Source: Candidatus Hydrogenedentota bacterium (GTDB lineage: Bacteria; Hydrogenedentota; Hydrogenedentia; Hydrogenedentales; SLHB01). Taken from it: a DNA stretch of 64,000 nucleotides. The notes under the pieces are model-generated. The model made no database searches, was not told the DNA's origin, and saw only the letters and a program-made list of their open reading frames with translations. Shown here in pieces: positions 50,425 to 60,020 of this stretch; position 1 is the stretch's first letter; each line of letters opens with the position of its first letter. The DNA is taken from positions 40,571 through 104,570 of the forward strand of contig BTVY01000001.1 in assembly GCA_045863335.1 (NCBI GenBank), written 5' to 3'. The translations under genes and the position numbers were made by a program.

Positions 50425-51813
50425 TCAGGCACCCTCATCCAGGCCGTATTGCGTGATTCGACGCCGCAAGGTCTGGTAGCTCATCCCCAAGTGGTCCGCC
50501 GCTTTACGACGATTCCACTGGAACCGATCCAGGGCGTCGAGGATCCGCTCCGGCTCGGGCCGATCATCGGGGGCGGAATCTGCGGCCACGTTCTCCGGTT
50601 CCGCGGCTGGCATCGAACCGCCGGACGATCGCAGCGCGCGAGGGTTGGGTGGCGTAAGCGGCTGTTTTCCTAAGGCGAGCCAACGCTTGATCGTGCTTTC
50701 CAGTTCGCGGACATTGCCCGGCCAATGGTGGTTGGCCAATTCCGACAAATCTTCCACACTCACCCGCGTTTCCGCGTCCGCGGAGAATCGCCCGTGCTTC
50801 TGCATGAAATGACGAACCAGCAACGGAACGTCTTCCTTTCTCGCAGACAACGGCGGCACCCAAACGCAGACTTCGTTAAGCCGGAAATACAGGTCCCCGC
50901 GGAACGAGCCGTCTTTCGTCTTGGCCTCCAGATCGGCGTTGGTGGCGGCGATGATCTGGACATCGACCGTGATTTGCCGGCGTCCGCCGAGCTTGGTGAA
51001 TTCTTTGTGCTCGATGACCTGGAGCAGTTTCGCCTGAAGGTTGGGATGCATGTCGCCGATCTCATCGAGAAAAATAATCCCCCGGTGAGCCAGTTCAAAC
51101 CGCCCCGGTTTTGCGGTAACTGCGCCGGTGAACGCGCCCTTCTCGTAACCGAATAGCTCGCTCTCTAACAATTGCTCGGGGAGTGCCGTGCAGTTCACCT
51201 TCACGAACGGCCTGCTGGACCGGCGGGAAAGCCGGTGTATTTCCCGCGCCACCATGTCTTTTCCGGTCCCGCTCTCACCGCGAAGCAAACAATTCAGGTC
51301 GGTTTGCGCAATCTGTTTGATCACCGTGCGCAGTTCCTGCATGGCGGGGCTGATACCGATCAGCAGCGTGTCGTCTGCCCCGGGGCGTTGCGCCGAGGTT
51401 TGCTGCCGCGACGCCGCGCCCTGCGTGGGCGAGTCCAGGGCGCGATTCAAGGCGCTTCGAACTTCGGCCAAGCTGAAGGGTTTCGGCAGGAAATCGGCCG
51501 CTCCACGCCGGATGCAATCGATGACAAGGTTCGGCGGTGAATCCACGGCCACACAAATCACGCGCGGCGCGCCCGGCGCGTCGACCATCATGGTCAGGAC
51601 TTCTTGCGTCAATCCGGCTTCGGGCAGGACTTCCATGATAATCGCCGAGATGTTGATGTCGCCGGCGATGCTTAACGCATCGCTGACGGAACCGACCGCC
51701 CGAACTTCAAAACCGGATCGCGCCAAACCCTTTTCCAGCGCCCACCGGACGCCGGGGTCGGTGTCCAGTACCACGACGATGCGCCGGCCGGCGGATGACT
51801 CTTCCTGAACCAT
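50425..51813 (-). CDS. Sigma54-dependent enhancer-binding protein (NtrC family) with atypical receiver domain
   Basis: GESGTGK, ESELFG, GAFTGA, FLDEIG, WPGNVREL, Fis-type HTH; receiver reads IIMEVLP (Glu at the phospho-Asp position). Confidence 0.92.
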   Translation of the reverse strand: MVQEESSAGRRIVVVLDTDPGVRWALEKGLARSGFEVRAVGSVSDALSIAGDINISAIIMEVLPEAGLTQEVLTMMVDAPGAPRVICVAVDSPPNLVIDCIRRGAADFLPKPFSLAEVRSALNRALDSPTQGAASRQQTSAQRPGADDTLLIGISPAMQELRTVIKQIAQTDLNCLLRGESGTGKDMVAREIHRLSRRSSRPFVKVNCTALPEQLLESELFGYEKGAFTGAVTAKPGRFELAHRGIIFLDEIGDMHPNLQAKLLQVIEHKEFTKLGGRRQITVDVQIIAATNADLEAKTKDGSFRGDLYFRLNEVCVWVPPLSARKEDVPLLVRHFMQKHGRFSADAETRVSVEDLSELANHHWPGNVRELESTIKRWLALGKQPLTPPNPRALRSSGGSMPAAEPENVAADSAPDDRPEPERILDALDRFQWNRRKAADHLGMSYQTLRRRITQYGLDEGA

Positions 51814-51830
51814 GATTCCACCCTGCGCGT

Positions 51831-53495
51831 TCACAATACAGGCTCCCATCGGCGGGACGGATTCGTCGCGTTTCGAGGCAACTGTATTCGAACCGTGGTT
51901 CGGACCTGATCCGCGACCTCAACCGACAGACTTCCGCCACAAGCATGGACCGTGCGCTCCGCAAGCTGAAGCACGGGGTTCACCGCGGCGGACCCGGACA
52001 ATTCATCGCGGGCCTGCGATGACGCGGCGGCGCTGCCGGTTGCTTTGTAGGCGACTTCGAAGGCGACGTGTTGATTGTCCGATTCCTGCAATCGAAGCGT
52101 TATGGTGCCTCCCATCTCCACCGAGCGCAGACTTCCCAGAATCACGTCGAGAATGGTGCGCGCGAGGGTGGTCCCATTCAACAATACGCACTCGCATTCA
52201 GACTGAAACTCGCGCTTGATGGTGACACCGCGATTTTGAATCGCCACGGTGAGCATGTCGAGCGCCTGCTCCACGTAATCCGCCAGCGTCACGGTCTCGA
52301 CCGCGTTCTCCCGCAGGGTCGACAACTTTCGAAACTCTTGGGTTTGCCGGCGCAAACGGTCCGCGTTCTCCGCGACAATGGCCAGCCCCTGCTCCGCCTC
52401 CTTGTTGTCGATCGTCTCCGATACGAACTCCACGGCAGTCTGGATCGCGGTAAGCGGCTGGATAAAATTGCGGGCAAGTTCGATCCCAATGTTCCCCAGG
52501 CTGGCATGGTGCGCGACATGGTAGAGCAATTGTCCACGCTCCCATTCGAACGCCAGGAAATAGGCGCAGGTGTCCAGGAATTCCGAATCTGACACATCCG
52601 GCTCGCGCCCCTTGACCAGCATGAATGCCACGGTGCTCGTCGTCCCGGACCTCGAAACCTGGGGATAGACCAGAAAGTCCAGGGCGTCCACGTCGATTCC
52701 GCCAATATGGACCGTCGATTCCCGAACCAAAAGCCCGGGGTCGGCCTCGGCCAAAACGGAGTCGTACCCCGATAGGGACATGGACTCCGACCCCAGGAAC
52801 TCCACTTCCAGGGCGCCTTCCGGTTGCACGGCCATCAGGAGCTTGCGACGGGTGGCATTGCACAGCGCCAAACCGCGCAATGGGAGGTGGCTCGCAAGTT
52901 CCGCAAAGACCTGGCGGAACAAGTGCTCATCCGTGTAGTACTCCGTGGACATTTGAGCCAGGCGAAGCAGCGCGCGAAGCCTCGAATTGCTCACCTCGCA
53001 CGCCGAAGCGTACTGTCGAATATCCGCGGTGGCCGCCTCGACTCGAGCGCGTAGTTGCTCGCGTTCTTCCAGAAGCAGGCGGAACAACTCGGCCCGCTCC
53101 ATCGCCATGGCGTGGTGGGCCATGGCCCGGCTTACTGCCGCGCGCAAGGTGATCAAATCGACCGGCTTTCGCAAATAGTCAAAGGCCCCGCCGCGCATCG
53201 TGTCGATGATCGTCTCCGCCGACGTGTCGCCCGTTAAGACCATGAGCACGGTGCAGGGATCCTCGCTCGAGAAGTCAGACAACAGGGTTAACCCGTTCCC
53301 GTCCGGCAGTCCCAGATCGATAAGTGCGCAGGCGTATTTCCCTTTCGAGAAAAGATCCCGTCCCTCGGCGCAAGTGGACGCGCACTCGCACTCGTACCCC
53401 TCGCGGCGCAACACTTCCCGCAGTAGGTTACGCTGGGCCTGTTCGTCCTCGACGATCAGGAAGCGGGGGGACGCTTCTGCAATGACCTTTTCCAA
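51831..53495 (-). CDS. Receiver plus degenerate histidine-kinase-like hybrid protein
   Basis: Canonical receiver (IVEDE, LIDLGLPDG, LTG, KP); H-box reads ELARNFIQPL with no His; N and G boxes eroded. Confidence 0.8.
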   Translation of the reverse strand: MEKVIAEASPRFLIVEDEQAQRNLLREVLRREGYECECASTCAEGRDLFSKGKYACALIDLGLPDGNGLTLLSDFSSEDPCTVLMVLTGDTSAETIIDTMRGGAFDYLRKPVDLITLRAAVSRAMAHHAMAMERAELFRLLLEEREQLRARVEAATADIRQYASACEVSNSRLRALLRLAQMSTEYYTDEHLFRQVFAELASHLPLRGLALCNATRRKLLMAVQPEGALEVEFLGSESMSLSGYDSVLAEADPGLLVRESTVHIGGIDVDALDFLVYPQVSRSGTTSTVAFMLVKGREPDVSDSEFLDTCAYFLAFEWERGQLLYHVAHHASLGNIGIELARNFIQPLTAIQTAVEFVSETIDNKEAEQGLAIVAENADRLRRQTQEFRKLSTLRENAVETVTLADYVEQALDMLTVAIQNRGVTIKREFQSECECVLLNGTTLARTILDVILGSLRSVEMGGTITLRLQESDNQHVAFEVAYKATGSAAASSQARDELSGSAAVNPVLQLAERTVHACGGSLSVEVADQVRTTVRIQLPRNATNPSRRWEPVL

Positions 53496-53631
53496 GAGTT
53501 AGGCACTCGCGAACAGTTTACGCATTAATGAGCATTAGCGCACTCAGCTATTATCGTATAGATCAAGCGGGCACTTGTCAAGAATGTTCCTGACTTCCCA
53601 TCGCGAACATTGTTCAAATTCCATCAAAAAG

Positions 53632-53647
53632 TTGTCAACTATGACAA
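53632..53647. promoter_or_regulatory. Palindromic candidate enhancer (bEBP) site
   Basis: TTGTCA-ACTA-TGACAA about 110 nt upstream of a sigma54 promoter. Confidence 0.5.
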
Positions 53648-53753
53648 TCTTAGTTCCAGAGTTTACAATGCCACAATGAATAGCAAGAATTCAATATTCC
53701 GCTAAGCTATTATCTAACAAAACCTTAAAAACACATTCACTTGACGAAAACTA

Positions 53754-53770
53754 TTGGCACATCATTTGCT
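53754..53770 (+). promoter_or_regulatory. Sigma54 -24/-12 promoter
   Basis: TTGGCAC-ATCAT-TTGCT, consensus match, upstream of the GGAGGAG RBS of the 53804 gene. Confidence 0.85.
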
Positions 53771-53803
53771 CACCCAATTGATGCGCTGGGGAGGAGCCTT
53801 TGA

Positions 53804-54367
53804 ATGGACGATATCCAGAAGTTAAAGACTGCCATCGACGATCTGCAAAATCGACTGCGCGAGGAAGTCCAACTTCGTACCGAATTGGAACGCAGGTGTC
53901 ACCTGCTTGAAAAACTGGCGTACCGGGATCCGGCAAGCGGCCTTCGCACGGAAACCTATCTCCACGCGCGCGTCCGTGAGGAAATCGAGCGATCAATTCG
54001 GTATCCCGCATCGACGACCCTACTCACGTTGTCCGTCCCTGATGCAGTCGATGACATCCTCTCCCGTCTCGGGATGCATCTCACCGATGAACTCCGTTCG
54101 ACCGATCAAGTGTTCAGTTTGAACCGCAGGGGCCTCGCGATTCTCCTCGTGGAAACCCCTGAGGACGGTGCCCACCGGGTTCTCGATCGATTGCGCGCCG
54201 ACTTGGAGCAGTTCGTGAAAGAGTACGGGTACACGATTACGAGCTTTCCGGTAGACGCTAACCTTGCCGACGATTTCATGAATCTGGCGATCGAGCGCCA
54301 CAAGAGCATGTCCGACGGGCTTCAAATGGGCTCGAGCGGCACTGCCGCCTCTCAATCGTACAACTGA
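53804..54367 (+). CDS. Coiled-coil plus degenerate GGDEF-domain protein
   Basis: LAYRDPASGL, EEIERS.RY; LRSTDQVFSLNRRGLAILL aligns to R..D....GGDEF with RxxD kept and GGDEF lost. Confidence 0.75.
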   Translation: MDDIQKLKTAIDDLQNRLREEVQLRTELERRCHLLEKLAYRDPASGLRTETYLHARVREEIERSIRYPASTTLLTLSVPDAVDDILSRLGMHLTDELRSTDQVFSLNRRGLAILLVETPEDGAHRVLDRLRADLEQFVKEYGYTITSFPVDANLADDFMNLAIERHKSMSDGLQMGSSGTAASQSYN

Positions 54368-54553
54368 TCGCTGCCCAATTTCCGCGAATCACGGGGGCCG
54401 AGTTCTACGTTGGACCTCTCACCCGCCTTGTAACGCTGGCGTCCCAGATGCTAACTTCTACCACTGTCCAGAACACGTATTACCGTGTTGGGCGGCACAA
54501 TTCCCTGCTCCCCCAAAGTGTGAGTCCATCCAACCAGCGGAGAGCCCAAGTCC

Positions 54554-55585
54554 GTGAAAGCTGTAAAGTGGTACGCCCCGCGCGACATGCGCTTGGTAGA
54601 GATTCCCATTCCCACACCGAAGCCCGAGGAGGCTCTGATCCGGATCGAGTCGACCGGCGTCTGCGGCTCGGATATGCACTACTACGTGGACGGGCGCATC
54701 GGCAAGACCATCATGACGGAGCCCCTGATCCTTGGGCACGAGTACGCGGGAATCGTCGAGGCGGTTGGTCCGGAGGCGGACTCGACATTGATCGGGAAAC
54801 GCGTCGCCGTCGAACCGGGTATCCCGTGCCTGCGCTGTGAATACTGCCTGAAAGGGCACTACAACGTTTGCACCAGCCTTCAGTTTCCCGGGGGTCCGCC
54901 CAACGACGGCGCCTTGTGCGAGTACATCGCCGTCCACGCGGCCTTCTGCTTCCCCGTCCCCGATGTTATCACCCCGGCCGAGGCGGCGATGATTGAGCCG
55001 CTGGCCGTGGCCCTGCACACGATCGAACTCGCCCACCTCAGGCCTGGCGAAACCGTGGCGATCCTGGGACTCGGCCCCATCGGCCTGCTCACCGCGCAAG
55101 TCGCGAAAGTTGCCGGGGCAAAGCAGGTGATCGGTACGGACCTGCTCGAGTACCGCGTCGCCAGCGCGAAGAAGTACGGCGTCGATTCCGCAGTGAACGT
55201 TTCCGCGGCGGACACCATCGAAGCCGTCATGGAAGCGACGAACGGACGCGGCGTCGACGTGGCCATCGACTGCGCTCGCTCCGTGGATACGCCCGCATTG
55301 GCTTGTCGCGTCGCGCGTCCTGCCGGCCGTTGCGTGCTCACGGGGATTTCGGGCGAGGAGTATGGCCAGTTCCCCGTAGACATCGCCCGGCGCAAGGAAC
55401 TCACTGTCACCTGGTGCCGGCGCTTCCGATTCAACTTCCCCACGGCCATCGATCTCGTCGCAACCGGCCGGGTGGATGTGAAATCCTTGATTACCCATTC
55501 GTTTCCATTGGAAAAGGCGCTGGATGCCTTTGAACTCGTGAGTCACGCCGCCGATGGCGTGCTCAAGGCATCGGTCGATCAGTAA
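54554..55585 (+). CDS. Zinc-dependent alcohol/polyol dehydrogenase (sorbitol dehydrogenase-like)
   Basis: GVCGSD.H, GHE, C..C..C.......C, EPL, GLGPIG. Confidence 0.9.
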   Translation: MKAVKWYAPRDMRLVEIPIPTPKPEEALIRIESTGVCGSDMHYYVDGRIGKTIMTEPLILGHEYAGIVEAVGPEADSTLIGKRVAVEPGIPCLRCEYCLKGHYNVCTSLQFPGGPPNDGALCEYIAVHAAFCFPVPDVITPAEAAMIEPLAVALHTIELAHLRPGETVAILGLGPIGLLTAQVAKVAGAKQVIGTDLLEYRVASAKKYGVDSAVNVSAADTIEAVMEATNGRGVDVAIDCARSVDTPALACRVARPAGRCVLTGISGEEYGQFPVDIARRKELTVTWCRRFRFNFPTAIDLVATGRVDVKSLITHSFPLEKALDAFELVSHAADGVLKASVDQ

Positions 55586-55615
55586 CGTGAGACCCGTATT
55601 TCGAGGGGTGCGATC

Positions 55616-56995
55616 ATGCTCAAAAAACTGCTCGTAGGAACCGGGATCGTTCTGGTCGTCCTGATCCTGCTGGTTCTCGTTTTCGTGGGTCCGTGGCCGA
55701 CCTATGCCGCAACGGACGTCACGACGGAGTCCTACTTCAAGGATGCAATCCAAGCCGCTGACGAGAGCCTCCAGCAAACATCGGTGGGCGCGTCAGGCCA
55801 ACTCCATGCGGGGTGGGCGAGCGAACGCATCACACCGGAGACCGGCACGCCCCTCGCCGGCTTCGGCGATCGCCAGGGCAGACCCTCCACCGGCGTGCAC
55901 GATGAACTCTACGTGAAGGCGGTCGCTGTAAGCGATGGGACGGACACCACCGTGATCGTCGGCGCCGACATGCTGATCGTGCCCAACAATATCGCGGATC
56001 GCGCCCGCGAAAAGGCGATGGCCGCGACCGATCTTCAACCCGGCGACATTCTGTTCAACGCCTCGCACACCCACTCGGGGCCGGGCGCCTGGGCGCCGGG
56101 ACTGGCGGCGTCGCTCTTTGGCGGCGCGTACGATGAATCCGTCATGGAGCGGATCGGCGACGCCTTCGGTACCGCTATCATCAATGCCTACGGCAATCTC
56201 AAACCCGCGTCCTATGCGCGGGGCGATGTGGATGTGCCGGATCACATTAAGAACCGGGCCCACGAAGGCCCTGTCGACAGCGAATTGAATTACCTCATCC
56301 TTAAACATGCGAACGGCGACACGTGCCACGTGGTGTCATATGGCGCACACGCCACGGTTATCGGTTCGAGTAACATGGAGTTCAGCGGAGACTACCCGGG
56401 CTATCTGGAACGGGCCATCGAAACGCAAACCGGTGGCATGGCAATCTTTCTTGCCGGCGCCGTGGGTAGCATGAGCCCCCGCATCGATGGGACCGACGGC
56501 TTCACGAAGGCGGAAACGCTGGGTTCGACCTTGGCGGAAAAGGTCCTCGCCGACGCGGAGGGTTTATCCTATTCCGAATCCGCCGATGTCGCGTCCGCCG
56601 GGTTTTCCTTTGAAACACCGCCGCTGCAACTGCGGTTGAACCAGAATTGGCGGCTTTCGCCAAACCTCTTCCCATTGGTCGGACTCGATGATACGGCGTG
56701 GATCTCCGGCGTCAAGATTGGCGACATGTTCTTCTACGGGACGCCTTGCGACATGAGCGGCGAGATTAGCCTCACGATGAAATCATGGGCGCAGCAGCAG
56801 GGAATCGACTTGTGGGTACTGAGCTTCGCGGGAGATTACATCGGTTATGTATCCCCCCAGAAGTACTACGATCTTCCACGCGAAGAGACCCACGAGTATG
56901 AAATGTATCTCATGTCGTGGATTGGTCCCAATCAGGAAGCCTTCTTCACGGAAATGTTGCATCACCTCGTCGATTCCATGGGATTTCAGTCCTGA
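55616..56995 (+). CDS. Neutral/alkaline ceramidase N-terminal-domain-like protein, membrane-anchored
   Basis: ITP..G.PLAG, HDELYVKA, ASHTHSGP, HAT, SGDYPG. Confidence 0.75.
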   Translation: MLKKLLVGTGIVLVVLILLVLVFVGPWPTYAATDVTTESYFKDAIQAADESLQQTSVGASGQLHAGWASERITPETGTPLAGFGDRQGRPSTGVHDELYVKAVAVSDGTDTTVIVGADMLIVPNNIADRAREKAMAATDLQPGDILFNASHTHSGPGAWAPGLAASLFGGAYDESVMERIGDAFGTAIINAYGNLKPASYARGDVDVPDHIKNRAHEGPVDSELNYLILKHANGDTCHVVSYGAHATVIGSSNMEFSGDYPGYLERAIETQTGGMAIFLAGAVGSMSPRIDGTDGFTKAETLGSTLAEKVLADAEGLSYSESADVASAGFSFETPPLQLRLNQNWRLSPNLFPLVGLDDTAWISGVKIGDMFFYGTPCDMSGEISLTMKSWAQQQGIDLWVLSFAGDYIGYVSPQKYYDLPREETHEYEMYLMSWIGPNQEAFFTEMLHHLVDSMGFQS

Positions 56996-57017
56996 GTTCC
57001 GGTTGCCGCACACATTA

Positions 57018-57071
57018 TCGACCTCGACCTCGAAATCGGTATCGGTATCGGTATCGGTATCGGCATCGAGG
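57018..57071. repeat. Hexamer tandem repeat (TCGnnn)x9 with a (TCGGTA)x4 core
   Basis: TCGACC TCGACC TCGAAA TCGGTA TCGGTA TCGGTA TCGGTA TCGGCA TCGAGG, intergenic. Confidence 0.9.
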
Positions 57072-57199
57072 TTACGGATCGATCCTGATTCTGGTAATGG
57101 CAGGTCGCCACTTTTGACACAGTGGATTCGTGGGCTACTATCGGCAGCCGGGATCTTCACTCGCAACCAATTCTCCAATCAAAGGAGTGTCCTTTTCCC

Positions 57200-58606
57200 A
57201 TGTCATACCCTGATCCCCCGCCCGCGCATAGCCCTTCTGAGATGGACCCTCCCCCGCTGTCTCCGACTCCGCCCGTTAAGCCGCTGCTCGTGCCGGCCCT
57301 GACGGCGCTCGTTGGGGTTATCGTGATTAGCGTGATGGCCCTGCTGGAAACGCAAATTGATGAGGACCAGGTCTGGCGGAATGCCCTGCTCGCCGCATCG
57401 GGCGAACCCCTGCATGACGACGCGTTGATCCTCCACACACGAAAAATTTCGGACGAGAACTTCCCGCCCTCGCCATTGGCGGAACAACTTCATGATATCG
57501 ACGGCGGCGCGGAGGTCATCGCGTTGCTCGGACTCGAAATGCGCGAGCGCATCATCGCCATGGAACTATCGCCGGAACAATGGCAGGCATTGACTGCGTC
57601 CGGTTCCCCGCCGGAACCCGGGAAGCGGCAAGTCCTCGCGGGCCCTCTCTGCCGGCTCGAAGAGTTCACCGTCGATGGCGAGACCTTCACCGTTACCGGC
57701 AAACTGCAGCGCGGCACCGCGGGCATGGCTTTCTCCTACCTGCTCCCCTACGACGACGCCGTCGCGCCGCTCTTCACGGAAGAAGCCGGCGCCACCACCG
57801 GCTGGCTGGAACCCGAGGGTCAAACCCGCGAACCGACAGAGGAAGAGATCGCCGCGTTGGAGTCTGAGGCTCAGCAGATTATCGCGCCCATGGTGCCCAC
57901 AACCATGCCGCTCGCCTGGGGCGGGTTCCTCGGCATCCTATTGGTCACCATCGGTGGAGCGGTATTTCAGGTGCGCGTGCTGTTTCGTTTGATCCGCATA
58001 CCGCTGCTCGAACCCATCATCGCGCCCATGCGGCAGTATTGGACGCTCTTCGTCGCGGTGCACCTGCTCTGCTACGGCGCCTTGTTCGCCGCCACGCTCG
58101 CCGCCTTCGCCATGCCGCTGCTCAACCTGCAAGTACTGACTTTCGTCACGGAAATCTTCACCACGGGCGAACTCAGCCACCTCGGCGACGCCTACATGAG
58201 CGGCAACGTCATCAGCGCGGCCTGGTTCACCTTCAAGAACAACTTCGTCGTGCAGACGCTCATCTACAGCATTGCGCCCTCGTTGATCGTGCCGTTCCTG
58301 GGACTCTTCAAGACCATGCTGAATCTGGCCGTGGCGGGTTTCGCCCTTGCTCCCCTCTGGACCGATCTGCTTTCGCGCTTCACGTACCACTCCGTCACCT
58401 TGTCCCTCGAAGTCGAAGCCTACGTCGTCGCCGCCTTCGGGATTTGCCTCTATCCGATCTACATCGCGCGGGCACTCACGTCGGGAGAACCCGCGAAGGG
58501 ACTCCTGAAAGTTCCCCCCATGCTGATCGCATCCATCGTCGTGTCCGGCGCGCTGCTCTTCCTCGGCGCCGTCTACGAAGCCGTCACGCTGATCCTGATC
58601 GGCTAG
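57200..58606 (+). CDS. Multi-pass membrane protein, C-terminal region SpoIIM/DUF95-like
   Basis: AAGGAG RBS; several TM segments; F.NN, H...EVEAY, GAVYEA. Confidence 0.6.
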   Translation: MSYPDPPPAHSPSEMDPPPLSPTPPVKPLLVPALTALVGVIVISVMALLETQIDEDQVWRNALLAASGEPLHDDALILHTRKISDENFPPSPLAEQLHDIDGGAEVIALLGLEMRERIIAMELSPEQWQALTASGSPPEPGKRQVLAGPLCRLEEFTVDGETFTVTGKLQRGTAGMAFSYLLPYDDAVAPLFTEEAGATTGWLEPEGQTREPTEEEIAALESEAQQIIAPMVPTTMPLAWGGFLGILLVTIGGAVFQVRVLFRLIRIPLLEPIIAPMRQYWTLFVAVHLLCYGALFAATLAAFAMPLLNLQVLTFVTEIFTTGELSHLGDAYMSGNVISAAWFTFKNNFVVQTLIYSIAPSLIVPFLGLFKTMLNLAVAGFALAPLWTDLLSRFTYHSVTLSLEVEAYVVAAFGICLYPIYIARALTSGEPAKGLLKVPPMLIASIVVSGALLFLGAVYEAVTLILIG

Positions 58607-58611
58607 ATCGC

Positions 58612-58642
58612 AAAAAAAAGAGGGCGGGTGTTCCAACCCGCC
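58612..58642 (-). terminator. Rho-independent terminator between convergent genes
   Basis: A8 tract then GGCGGGT-GTTCCA-ACCCGCC hairpin. Confidence 0.6.
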
Positions 58643-58759
58643 ACCAGAAAGCCTAAGTTCCGACGCGAGAATCGGACATACGCCGGGAAGCCACCTTCGG
58701 ATCCTCCTTCCACCCCGCAGGGGTGAGACAAGAAAGCCCAGGGCGGCGTTGCCGCAACC

Positions 58760-58825
58760 AAATTCGAATCTCGAAGCACGAAATCCGAAACAAATTCAAA
58801 TGACCGAAATCTGAATGACCGAAAC
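58760..58825. repeat. Degenerate heptamer tandem repeat (AAATCCG-like)
   Basis: AAATTCG AATCTCG AAGCACG AAATCCG AAAC AAATTCA AATGACCG AAATCTG AATGACCG AAAC. Confidence 0.75.
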
Positions 58826-58879
58826 ACTTCAGCCGGGCCGATGACAAAAACCTCCAACATAAGGACGGGTGCCCACGGC

Positions 58880-58984
58880 AGCCCCGGATGGGGCGACTCG
58901 AATGTAGCCCGGGGTGGAGCGAGGTACGAGCGAAACCCCGGGTCACGTGACCACAACAACCGCGCAGCCCCCGAACGGGGGCGA
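58880..58984. repeat. Three-hairpin REP-like element
   Basis: GCCCC-GGAT-GGGGCGA, TGTAG-CCCGGGGT...ACCCCGGG, GCCCCC-GAAC-GGGGGCGA. Confidence 0.6.
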
Positions 58985-59189
58985 AAGAATGAATCTCGCG
59001 CCGACACCTATCGTTGGATATCGAACAAGTTATGGAGTCGATGCCAGCGAAATGCGAAAGGATTCCACTATTTTCGCGGATAGGCACCCGGCGCAACGCC
59101 ACAACATTTGTGTGGACCTTCTCATAGATTAAGCAGTAGGCTCTGGCGGGCCGGAAAACCCGCCCTCCTCGGAAGGACAAAACTGACGA

Positions 59190-60014
59190 TCAGGCGGTGC
59201 TGCCGGTGCGGTAACCGGAAAGATCGATGGTGACGAAACGATATCCCGCGCCGCGCACGGAGGCCACGACCGCGTCGCGGAGTTCGCCGTCGAGCAGGCG
59301 CGGCAGATCATCGGGATCCACTTCGATCCGGCAGAGATCGCCGTGATGCCGGGCGCGGTACTGGCGGAAACCCAGTTTCTTCAGCGCCTCTTCGGCTTTC
59401 TCCACCTTCTGAAGATCTTCGATGGTCACGCGGGTCCCCACGGGAAACCGCGACGACAAACACGCGAACGACGGCTTGTCGGCCGTGGGCAACCCGCGCC
59501 GTTCGCTCAACACGCGAATCTCCGCCTTGGTCATGTTCGCTTCGACCAAGGGCGCGACGACCTCGAACTCCTTCGCGGCCTTCGCGCCGAGTCGCGTCGT
59601 ATCGACGAGATCATCGGTAATTTCGCCGTAGGCCAGCTTTGGAATCTTCGTGCTCTCCGCGTAGGCCCGCATCTTCGTGAACAACTCCGCGCGGCAGTGG
59701 TAGCACCGCGTCCCGTCGTTCTTGAGGTAGTCGTCGTTCGCGAACTCTTCGGTGAACAGGACCTCGAAATTCCAGCCGCGCTCCTTTGCCAATGCCGTGG
59801 CCTCGGCGACTTCGGACCGTGGAATACTCGGCGAGTCCCCCAACAGCACGCGCGCCTTCGCACCGAGCGTCTCATGGGCCACATCGGAAAGATACGTCGA
59901 ATCCACGCCGCCGGAGTAGGCAATGGCGATCGCGCCGTAGTTTCGGAGCAAGTCCTTCAGACGCGCTTCCTTCTCCAGCGCGCTTTCTTCGAGTATGACG
60001 GTTGGGGTAGCCAT
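59190..60014 (-). CDS. larE: ATP-dependent sulfur transferase LarE
   Basis: PP-loop AYSGGVDS, RCYHC, KPSFACLSSRFP, R.RHHG, DL.GYRTGS. Confidence 0.9.
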   Translation of the reverse strand: MATPTVILEESALEKEARLKDLLRNYGAIAIAYSGGVDSTYLSDVAHETLGAKARVLLGDSPSIPRSEVAEATALAKERGWNFEVLFTEEFANDDYLKNDGTRCYHCRAELFTKMRAYAESTKIPKLAYGEITDDLVDTTRLGAKAAKEFEVVAPLVEANMTKAEIRVLSERRGLPTADKPSFACLSSRFPVGTRVTIEDLQKVEKAEEALKKLGFRQYRARHHGDLCRIEVDPDDLPRLLDGELRDAVVASVRGAGYRFVTIDLSGYRTGSTA

Positions 60015-60020
60015 AAGTTC

